The notes beneath the pieces are model-generated. The model was not told where the DNA came from. It made no database searches and worked only from the letters and a program-made list of their open reading frames with translations. 64,000 nt of DNA. Source: Paragordius varius. Taxonomy: Eukaryota; Animalia; Nematomorpha. Below are positions 1-11,800 of this stretch, one piece after another; positions within the stretch are counted from its first letter, which is position 1; every line of letters starts with the position of its first letter. Where the stretch lies: the NCBI GenBank assembly GCA_964247055.1, contig OZ176055.1, positions 3,906,001 through 3,970,000 on the forward strand, given 5' to 3'. The position numbers and the translations under genes are program-made.

Positions 1-2
1 GG

Positions 3-3000
3 ATGCGGGGTTTTTAATACCACTGGTATAGAGAATAAAATTACCCTTTTGAAATAGAAAATTTACCAAAAGAAATCCAAAATACTTCCAAGCCAAAATC
101 TATTGCTGGTCGAAAAAGAAAAACCACAACAACGGCTCAATTGGATCTCACAAACATGAATCATATTGAACAACCAAGTTTTACATCATCTCACGTATTA
201 TGTTTGGGTGAAGGGGACGCTGGACAATTAGGGTTAGGCGAAGATATTTTATCTACACGGTTCCCTAAATTATTACCTCTGTTTCAGCAAGAAGTATCGA
301 ATATTAAAGATCCAATATGTCAAATTAGTGCAGGAGGCATGCATTCTGTCTGTTGTTCGCGAGATAATAAAGTAAGTATTTCTGGTTTGAGTAAAAAAAG
401 GTTATTATTCAACCATTATAATTTTAATTTTCTAACCTTTCACTCTAAATAAATATCAAGACAAAGCGTAAAAACGAAATGACAAATATTCTTTTATTAA
501 GTAAACTATACTCTTAATTTTTCTATGTATCTTCTTTTGTGATACATAATATATCGAAATACCAATTTACATCGTCATTTTCTATTTTGCTAATATATAT
601 GATAAGTTACAACTAAAAAATTAGGGTTTAAAAATATGGTTGTCTTTTTTAAAAGGTGCCCCTTTTAATTGTTACGTTTAGTGTTTAAAGTTTAATTTAC
701 AGTATTAAATTTTGGGTTTATTTTATTAGAGAAATATTTGTTCTAAAATGCAATGTATGTGTTTTAAGCAAATTTTTTTAAATTAGGTAGGTAGGTTGCT
801 AGTTAGCCAAGCAGGTTGGATTTTTATGCGATCGTTTTATTGTCTGTATAAAATTCAATGTGATGTCCAATAATATTTTATACTGTATAATTTGAATATT
901 TGGTTGTAATTATAGTTCAAAATCCACTAATTTTTGTCAATATTTTATACATATGTAATGTAAAATTTAAAAAATATTTTATTACACTTTTAGATTTACA
1001 CATTCGGTTGTAATGATGATGGTGCGTTAGGCCGTATTTGTGAGGATGATTCAGATGAAAAAATACCTCAATCAGTTGCTTTCGATTTCGAAGGCGGTCA
1101 AATTTTGCAAATTACAACAGGAGATTCGCACACAGCTGTTCTTACAAAACAAGGCATGGTGTTTGGTTGGGGATCATTTAGGGTTTTTTAATGTTATATA
1201 TTGCGTTTTGAAATTTGGTTGTCTTTATAGTTATTTTGGGTTTTTGAAATCAAATATACCTTGGTCGAAAATTAAAATACTGGTCTGACTACTTATAAAT
1301 GTCCTTTATTATTACAAACGTAAAAAGTATAATAAATTACTACTAAACCAAACAAAATAGGATTTGTGTTTTAGCATATCTTTAAATTATTTAATTCATT
1401 CTTAAAGTTATGAATTCTCATTTATTCGGAATTATTGCGATATCAACTATTCTTTTAATCGGATTTTGTTGCTGTTTCATATTTTTGGTATGAAATGGTT
1501 CTATTTTTGTTTTAACTTTAAATTTATAGTGATGATAAATATTTGAATACAGTCTATAATATAAAATGGTTCAAAGTTAGGAGAAAATCATTTTATTTTC
1601 CTTTGTATAACTGGGAAGACCCGTGGTTTCCTAATAGCTGACAGTACTCGTTTAATTCTATGGGAATATTGTTTGTGTTAGTTTAAATGCCAACATTTTT
1701 ATGTTTATTACATTTAGCAACATAATATGTGTTTAAATTTACATAATTATTTCATTATAACCCTTTTTTGGCAACTTTGGTTTTTATTATGAGGACAATT
1801 TTATAACCATAATTGTATTATATTATAAAACTGTAAAAAATTTACGAACCCAATATGAAAACTCTTTATTTCACACTTTTAGTTCGTTACCGAAATTAAA
1901 AGATTTATTGTTAAAAAACATTAATTTGATTAAGGTTATTTTTATAATAGCCAAATTTCTTTTTTTTTCTGATAGCTTTTTTGCACATTTATGTTGATCA
2001 TTAATAACCGTCATTTGAATTATAAAAATCAGACTATTCTGTGAGGATTTTTTGTGTCGCTCTCTGTCTCGCATAAAAAGAGGTTCGGATATATCCAAAA
2101 TATCATTTTTAAATCTAATGATAGGATGAAAGTGGTATCTTGGGTTTAGTTCAGGCCTTTAAAATTGAGAAAACACCCCGTCTTCTATATAGTCCAACGA
2201 CGCATCATGAATTAAACAACATTAAACCCAAAACAACCTATAAAACAACAAATATTGCTGACTCAGAGGATAGAGCCATTAAAATTGTTTCTGGAAACAA
2301 TCACATACTAATCCTTTTAGCATCTGGACGAGTGCTAAGCCTTGGAAGTTCTGAACAAGGGCAATTAGGCCGTATCCCAGCTCGTTATTGTTGTAGGGAT
2401 CAAAGAAAGGGGATAGGTAATTTTTTTATTAAATAAACTAAGGATTCTATGAATGTATATCACTGTAAAAAATTTCTTATTTTACATGGTATTGATATTT
2501 TTATATTTATTAGAGTTAAGGTAGAGACGAATTTTTTGTGTGGTTTTTGCCCAAAATAGTGTTTTGGTTGTATTTTAAAGATGGCCAATTTCATACGAAT
2601 TATATAATACCTTTTTATAAAAAAATTGTGCGATCTTGTGCACTCCACAAAAAGTTGGTTGATTGTATATGATAATTATTGGTTATGGACAATTCTCTTA
2701 TGAGTTTTTTGTCTTTCTCCTGCTAAATATACTGCAGGAGAAATTTGGGTTCCATTACACAGATCATGTTTTTATTATTTAAAAGTATAAAATCATTTGC
2801 AACATATTATGAACTCTGGTTTTTAATACTAATCATATGAATATTAAAAGAATATTGGCTATTTTTATACAGTAATATGACTCTTTTATAATATCTATGT
2901 TTTTTTCTTTATGATTTTTTGACATAGACGTATTCCTAAACCCTAAACCAGTTGAATTTCCTTTACGTAATGGGCGAGTTCCGCGCATCAAAGATATTTT

Positions 3001-5369
3001 TGCAACGAGCTATGGATCATTTGCTGTTGATGCCCTCTCTGTTCCTCACAAAATTATTGTTTATGCCTGGGGTCTCAATAATTATTGCCAATTAGGTAGA
3101 ATATGGCTTTTTTTTGCTATTAATTAAAAAATTTACGTTTTTTTTAAAATAAAAATTAACCATATATTTAGATCCTTAAAACTTAACTATATCAATGTTG
3201 TTAAATAATAAGTTAAAATAAAAAGATATAATGATTTTATTAATTAATCCCATATTTAATTTTAATTATATGCCTGAATAAAAAATTAAAATTATTCTTG
3301 ACCTTTAATTATTTGCGACTCTTTATCAAAAGACATTGACTAGTACTGTACATTTAATTCTTATCTATTTAAACACTACTTACTGTATTAAAATTATTAA
3401 GTGTGGCGTTTACCCCCTTTTTATACCGCCGTATATGGGTATATGCCATATTTTTAAACTATGATATATTATATAAGCTTTATACACAATGAAATTTAAA
3501 ACTCGGCAACTCGATATCAAAAAAATATCTAATAATTACTATTTGAACTTATTTTATCTAGTTCCATAAATTAAAGTTGTGAGTATTATAACACATATTC
3601 ACCACCCTCTATTTAGTAATCCAAACCATCAATATAAGAAAAAGGGCTCTAAAAAACAAATTTATATAAAACTATTTTACTTTTAGGCTTTATATTCCTG
3701 CTCCTCCTTTAAACCGAATTTTTTTATGTTTTGCTTAATAAATTTTTAATTTTACTGTAATATGTATATGGCAAACGGTTAATTAAATTCCAATTATCCA
3801 TTTTGTATTTATCCCAGTAAAAAATAATAATCCAAATTCTCTGCAAAAAATATATCTAGGTTTAGCAACAAGCTCATCAAAACATAATAGGCCGCCTATA
3901 ATCAATAACAAACGATTAAATAATCAAATGGATCTCATCACGCATGATAATAATGAAAATATTTCTAAAACTTCTAAAATCAAATCAAGTAAATCTTTTC
4001 TACCAACTATCGTATATTTTCCAATGCAAATTAAAAGACCCTGGTATTTTTTGGATGATGGTACGCGCGAAATTTGCAACATAGTTGGTGGACCCCATCA
4101 TACATTGGTTTTAGACACTCAAAGTATAAAATTTGAAGTTTAATAATTTGTTTTTTTTATACGAAAAGGTGTTTTGTAATATTAATTCATGATGTTTTTT
4201 TATGCCAAAATGATAGGAATTTAAAAGTAGGAAAATGAAAACGGTAGATTTTAAATCTGCTTCCAACATTAAAACAAAACTTATTTGCAATTAGGACGTA
4301 TAAAAATTACTCTAAAAAGTTAAAGAGTTTTAAGAAGTCTTATCGAATGAATGAAACAGTTTGTTGAATGAAATTGTTACTTATCATTGAATAAAGGTCT
4401 AAAGTCTAAACTATTTAAATGTTTTTATATTATTTCAATTTCCATTTATTTAGATGACATTTATTCGTTTGGGCGTTCAGATTATGGTCGCTTAGGTTTA
4501 GGACCTGATGTGGCAGAAATAGTCGATAGTCCGACCCGCATTACAACATGTAATGTAATATGTTCGGTCCGAAATGAACCAAATAAAATTAATAATCAAG
4601 AAATCAATGAAGAAATATCTAACGAACATAAAAAATCGGACAATGAGGAATTAAATAATAAACTGGAGAATAAACCCGCCATCAAAAGATTAAAATTACA
4701 TGCCAACCATATAAGTGGAACAACGGAGAAGAATGATGGAGGCGAAAAATTATCAAATATCTCAGCTATAAGTGCTGGTGAATGTGTCTCTTATGCCATA
4801 ACTAATGATGGTAAATAATTTGGTTAAATTATTTTATTTTTATCACAAAAACCTATGATTCAACCTGTACAATAGAGTCGTAAAAAATTTATCATTTGAT
4901 AACTGCTGGTATTTTAATTTAACTTTTCTATTAAACGATCGTTAGCAAACAATGTTTACTCATCATTTTTTCAACAATCTTTTTTGTTTCACATCAATTT
5001 TTGACATTGGGTAAACTCTGATTTTAATATGTTTAGCCTTAACATTATATACTTTTGACAATAAATGTTTTTTGGATTCAACTCTATGGAACTTTTTGGT
5101 GATATTCATGATTTCCAATGAAAAATTACACCTTTTACATAACATTTGAAGGTGAATGTTTTTCATGGGGTATGGGTACAACCCTACAATTGGCACATGC
5201 TAAAACAGCCGCAATCAAAAAACATTCTGACAATGCTAATGATTTTGATGATGATGAACCACGAGATTCTTGGTACCCATGCTGTATGACTGGAAAACAG
5301 CTTGAAAATCGAAAAGTAATGCAAGTTTCCGCTGGCGGTCAACATACACTCTTACTCACCACTGACTGA
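3..5369 (+). CDS. RCC1: Regulator of chromosome condensation 1 (Ran GEF), ~602 aa. Exons: 3-9 (tentative), 58-371, 994-1182, 2125-2416, 2928-3095, 3860-4123, 4454-4810, 5152-5369
   Basis: GT-AG joins give one open frame with RCC1 blade motifs LGEGDAGQLGLG, SAGGMHSVC, IYTFGCNDDGALGR, TTGDSHTAVL..FGWGSFR, LGSSEQGQLGR, YAWGLNNYCQLG, GGPHHTL, YSFGRSDYGRLGLG, FSWGMGTTLQL, SAGGQHTLLL, ending at TGA 5367-5369. N-terminal GRKRK is NLS-like. The first 7-nt exon is tentative: the alternative start is ATG 156, or the gene begins upstream of the window. Confidence 0.93.
700..885. mobile_element. Degenerate Tc1/mariner-type MITE (TA-flanked CAGT...ACTG), probably the same family as 9776-9953
   Basis: TA|CAGTATTAAATTTTGG at the left end and CCAATAATATTTTATACTG|TA at the right end. 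186 bp; the start resembles that of the 9776 element. Confidence 0.45.
1550..1833. mobile_element. Degenerate Tc1/mariner-type MITE
   Basis: TA|CAGTCTATAATATAAAATGGTT at the left; reverse complement of the right end is TA|CAGTTTTATAATATAATACAATTATGGTT. 284 bp, in an RCC1 intron. Confidence 0.45.
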
Positions 5370-7007
5370 TTGATTGAATTTTTGTTGCGTTTTATTAGCA
5401 CGACAAACAGAAAATGCATTTATTTACATATTTTGACATTTTATGCACAATGTATGCATGGATGATGGAAAGTTTCTGTGAGACCAATCCTAAATAGATA
5501 TTTTTAATGAGACTTTTATTATGATTTTTATCATATCCTATTCATCACACAATGTGATTTTTATAATAGTCATTGATGATTTTGATTTTGTTGAATGATG
5601 TATATATAATTTTATCAAATAAATGAGTTAAAATTTAATTGACCTGATAAATCATAATCTATGTTGCGAAAAAATGTCTATGCCTATGCATAATGTATAA
5701 TTAAAAATGTATGATTTAAGTTTAATTAACGTCATTTTATTATATAAATTAATAAAAAACACTTCATTCTTAAAAATTTGTATAGACAATTCGTAATCAT
5801 ATTTTTGTTATACTTATATACCCTTTTATCTTAAAATTAAATAACCAACAGTTATAGCTGACCCAATTTATTAATAGAGCCATACAAAAACTGTTGTTTG
5901 TCATAAAATTCCCAGGCATCCTATCTCGACAGCGTTATTATTATTGATCAATTAGTCGAAGTTTTTTTGTTCAATCTCCTAGATTGTTAGTTTGCGTATC
6001 TGAGGTTGTTTTTTGAACTATAAAATTGTTTTATTTTTAAATTTTATATTTTCATCCTATTATCAACATGTACTCTTTGTAGTGTAGGTAGCTGAGTAAA
6101 CGGACTTAAAATGTTAAGATTCATAGTTTGTAACTATGTTATTTAGTTTTATGTCCCACCTTGTCCAATATGGTTCCTTATGATTTAGCTATTTGCCATG
6201 TACAAGCGCAAGTTATTCTTAATGATGGCGTATATTTTTATGTATCTTGACTAGTTAAACCTGTCCCCATTTGTATTGTTATATAGCTTCATAAAGCCCT
6301 TTTAGACACCGTGTCCCTAAGTTAAACTTTTTTATATTTTTAACGTGATTTAAATCTTACTTTTCATTGTATAAAATTGGCCTATGGACCATATTTAATT
6401 TTTCCTCCTCTTAAACTTTTAGTATTCCTTAATTAAGGTAGATATGTTCCCCTCGGCGTACAGTGTGGTTTTTATTGCTAAGAGGTTAAATTATTGTAAA
6501 TGATAGAGAGGAACACAGTCCGGATGTAGAACTTGTGTGTATTTAAACAAGCTTTGACATATTATTAGAGCCTGATTATTTAAAGGTAATAAAAAGGTAA
6601 TCTATTAAAAAGGCTTTCAAAATAGGTAAGAGGATAATAATGCTTACCGATAAAACATATAACGCCTTAGGTTAAAAACTTAAAATAATTTAATATGTTC
6701 ACCTAAATTCAATGACGGAAAAAAAGTTATAAGTATAATTATTTTTCTTATTCGAATCTTGCTATTAATTTAAATATTTATATATTTTTAACATTGATTA
6801 AAATTTACCCTAGGGAACCAGATTAATTAAAAAACCAAGAATCGATTCTTAAAGTAATTTGAATAAACCCTTAAGGGGTAAAAGCAAGAACCAAACCCTA
6901 TCTAATAAACAATCGTTCAATTTGTATTTTATATAAATTTTAAATAATAACTATATCCATTATTCTATAATTTGATTTTTGTGCGTGTATATTTCTTGTT
7001 GCTACCA

Positions 7008-8796
7008 TCAATCTTGCTTTTGGGCTTCAATCATTTTGAGTAAATGATCTGATGAAAGGAGCGAAATGCCAAGCTGATCTTTCTAAGATATGAAATATCA
7101 ATAGATTAAACCATTTATATGTAATTCAAAATATATCCTATCAGTTTTAATAATAACATAAGCTATTAAAGAAGTTTTATAACCATCATAGGTCAAAATC
7201 TAAATTTTAATTAGAGATGTTGACAATTAGTCACATGGATATTAACATTTATTAGCATATCAATATATAATATATTTTTTTCAAAAAAACTAACCTGTAA
7301 AAAGGGTATGGCCATGGATTTCAAAAATTTGCGACATATAGCGATTGCTTCGTCAATCGTCAAATCAGTAACAGATTCTGAAATGTATTCTTGGATCCAT
7401 ACGGGTAACTTTAATCGTTTGTCATTTCGTGAAAACCGCTATAATTTTAAATGTAATTTAGACAAAACAAAATTTCTTAAAATATCGCAGCAATTTACAC
7501 ATCCAAACAAAATGTTTTCTGAACAATACTTTTGAACAATTTTCGATTGTGTGGGCATAATCATATACTAATTTAGGTACTCTTTAACGATAGATATACT
7601 TATATGACAAAATTTAACTCTCTCTCATATAAAGATAAACTATAATTATGCATAAGTTATACCTTATCAGCCAAAATCATAATTCCATAATCATTTTTTC
7701 CGCGCAGAGCTCGGCCTAAACACTGTGCTGCTTGACGCATGGCATCAAAACTAAGGAAATCACTTTCCCTAATATTGTAAGTTGTCCTTAAATAATCCAG
7801 CCTGGCCTTCAATATTTTACTTTGTGTATAAACATAGGGAACACCAAACACAACTACTGCACGCCCAAAATGGTGATCGAAATCTATACCCTAAAATCAA
7901 AAAGGAATATGTTTCAAATATTGTAGATAGAGAGAAAAAATTTGAAAACATAAATAATTTGTAACCCCATTTATTATAAAGTAATAATTTATATTTATTT
8001 TCATATTATAAAATTTAACCAACTCTATCAAACCATAAAATTCCACTTCAAAAAATACAAATTATAATCAGTATATATCATCAATATTTTAGAAAATATT
8101 ATAAAAATCTTTTATCCGTTCATCTAACAAAAAATATTTTCTGTTAAATTAAAAATGCAAAACCTCTGAAATTTTTCCTCGAGCGACTGATAGTAATATA
8201 GCGCCTCGACCATTTTCACAAGCCTTTTGATAATTGTAAAGGGCTAAACTCGTCTCTGCCGCATCCGGTGTCTCCAAAAATATTAGTTTATTTTTTTGTA
8301 ATTTTGTTATGTATCCCTATATGAAAGAAAAATTATTTAAAAATGGATATTTTGAAAAAAAAATAGTTCATTTATATTAATATAAAACAAATTATTAGAA
8401 TTTCAGATCATATAAATTAGAAGATGTCCTATAATCCTTAATTATTTGCTATATCTGAATTCGAATTGTGATTTTAAAAATGAGAGTGTACCCTTTTAAT
8501 ACGCCTTATTTCAACTGCGTTATCATATAAGTTATGTAAAAAAATTATGTTGCGTTAGATAAGAAATCTTTTACTATGGTAATTATTCCGTAAAAATTGA
8601 ATATTTTGGTTAATTAATAATTATAATTAGTATAACCATTTGTAACCAGGCGCCTACAACTTTTTCCATGTACAAATAACTGGTAAAAAAGCAAACAATT
8701 CCATCTGGTACAATAGCTGAAAGTTGAACTAATAAATTCCCATAATTTTGAATAACGGCCATATCACTGCGAGCTTCAAATTTTGTCGTTAGCTCA

Positions 8797-8833
<37 letters not shown>

Positions 8834-11800
8834 AAATTATTCTATTATTTTTTGTAATGATTACAATTGTAAAAATAAAATTATGTATGTTACCACCTTA
8901 TAGGTCGATTCCCTATTTTGCCGAACTATTAAAAAACGATTTTATACTTTCTTTATTAAAAAAAATAATAGTGTAAATTTATGTTTTTGTCATTATAATT
9001 AAGTTTTCAAATATTTTTAAACTATTTTTATCATTATAATTTTATGTATGGTTATATTTTAAATTAAATTTATCAAGAAATATGAAACCCTTCAGTATGG
9101 ATTATACACACAGACCTTAAACACATTTTCAAATTTTAAAAGTTTTAAATTTAAAAGTTTTAAAACAAATAATTGGTTTATAAAATTGATTATTTAAATG
9201 TTAAACAAATATAGTCCCGTATTATCCTAAACTCATGGGAAAATATATTGTTTAAATAATAAAAATGTTATTAGAGTTACATTCAATTTATAAAACTTTC
9301 CATTTATTTTAATATAATAAAAGATTAAATAATTATCAAATAGTTTACCTAATCATCTCTCATTACAAGGGTTCTATGATCAAATTGAATAATTTAAAAA
9401 CTTATGCGAATAAGGGACTTAAACAATTCTAACACTAAATTGTTAACGTTTAATTATCACCAATTATCAAATTTGTTATAGTATGAATAATATTATAAGT
9501 ATTTAGTTTACATCTTCATTTAACCAATTTTAATAACAATGCTAAGATTTTAAATAAACCTAATAAATAAAATTTGAAAAAAAAGGAGAAACAAAAACAC
9601 TTAATATATATACATATATGTAAAATTAAACTAACCTGATCGTTACCTTTGGTGACTATGAGTGGACACACAGATATGCGAGCAAGGGTCATCGAAAAAG
9701 ATGCCATTGTAATTGGATGAAAATTTAGAATTTTTGGATACATTTCGATCGGTGATAGGGTCTATTAACAAAATACAGTATGAATTTTGGTTGCTTATTT
9801 CACACTATAGTTGGGTAATATGCAACACAGTAGTGTATGGAAAAAAGAAAGGAAAAAATTGTTTATTCAACATTTTGTTGTTTTTCCATACACTACTGTG
9901 TTGCATGTTACCCAACTATAGTGTGAAATAAGCAACCATTAAAATGCATACTGTAAATATATTTTTAAAAATTAGACTTATTACCATGGTTAAGTTATAA
10001 CCGGTTATAAATAACCGGGTGTGACGGCTCATAATTGGAGTTATATGGGTTTTAAGTATCATAATATCATATGTAAAAAAATATAATAGTTTGAATTAGT
10101 TATATTAGTTACATTAACATTTAATAAAAATTTGCCAAATCTTGGAATTTTTTTATAGATAAATACATTTAATACAATTATTTGGTCATTTTTTAATTTT
10201 ATACGGTATTAAAAAATTAAAGACTGATCATTTTATTAGGCATAGCCCTACTTACTCTTGTTATATCTTTATATATATAAAAATACCCCTGAAGTAATGA
10301 TCACATGAGTAAAGCGTTCGAATATAGCTTTAATAGCAATAGAAGCATCTAAACACGTAAAATATAGAATTGGATTTAACACAGTCGGCATATTGTCTTG
10401 ATAGGGTTCAATTATTGTACTAAACCCTAAAATATTAACATATGATATATTATTGAGGATAATATTATATAATCAATTAGTATATGAATTCAAGGGTGTA
10501 TTGTGAAAACATATCACATCACGATTCCCTTTTTGGGAATTGTATATTATTAAATATATTTAAAAAAATTAAATCTATAAATTTTATTTTTTTCCAACGT
10601 TTTTGTCTCGTTATAAAAGGGCTGCAAAAAACCGATAGATAGTTTTATTGTATATATGAAAATCCAATACCTTTTGTATACGTACTGACGAGTGTAGCGA
10701 AATTTGCCAATGTTATGAGCGGTCGGATTTCAGGAATTTCATAAATTTCTAATGTGTGAATCAAATTACGTAAGCGTTCTGAGCATATTCTAAAGATATG
10801 TGCCAAAAAATATAACAATAAACAAAAATTTTAAAATAAACTCGAAATAATTGTTAAACAAACTTTAAAGGCTTTCGATCAATAAAGACCCTACTGTAAC
10901 AATCCTTGAGAAATAGTGCAGGACTTTCTTGTACAACATGTTGAGACCGGAGTCGGTATTTAATATACTCCAACCATCGTTTGAGAAAATGAACAAAATG
11001 ATCAGCTTTCCTTACACATCCTAGATTGAGAAGAAACGGTTAAAATAAATAAAAACCTCCATAAAGAAATCCCAAATATTCTCTTATAAAATTTTCTAGG
11101 TAACGGTAGGGTAAAAATAATAATAATAAATTTTATATACGGAACCTTAGTTATTTTTGTTAGAAAATTGAGACTTTTGGTATGTAAGCTAATATTTGTT
11201 GTAAGTTAAGCTTTGACTTTCTTAATATTTTTAATTTTTCCATATATTTATTATATAATTTATTAGAAACAACCATTATTTTTTAGAGCCCCACCAATAT
11301 TATAATATCCCTTGAAACATAAAGTTTAACATAATTAATACATTTGTTATATATTTAAGATCAATCAACCACTAAAAAATTTGTGAAAAATCTAATAATT
11401 ACCAGGTAGCGCATCTCTAATTAATTCATCGGATACTTGTGGATTTTGCCAAAGCTGTAGGTCTGTTTCATTGTTTTTGGATTCTTTTTGTAAATTTTTC
11501 TTTAAACCTTCAACCAAAATCCTATACTCTTCGTTTAGTTTTTCGGCATTCTTTGCTTTTATGCTTTCAAGTTTATGATCTAACAATTCTAAACCTAATA
11601 TTCAAAATTTAAAGTTTTAATAATAGTAAATCAAATTTTAATCGTTACTACACAGTGTATGTATGTCCTGTGGACTTGCCATAAATGTGGGAAAAATACA
11701 TATCACTATCACATCTTACCCTTTTTGAGAATAAAAAAATAATTTATTTTTTAAGGTAATACCATATTTTTTCACCATTGTATAATATTTATAATAGAAC

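Noticed and set aside
2461-2872. CACTGTAAAAAA ... TTTTTATACAGTA as a possible TIR pair
   Set aside because: The match is only ~12 bp and AT-rich, with no second copy.
5881-6700. Moderately GC-richer patches between the RCC1 and XPD 3' ends
   Set aside because: I found no open frame or recognisable motif; probably decayed TE, but I cannot support a call.
9995-10010. Perfect 16-bp palindrome TTATAACCGGTTATAA
   Set aside because: It is a single occurrence with no supporting context.
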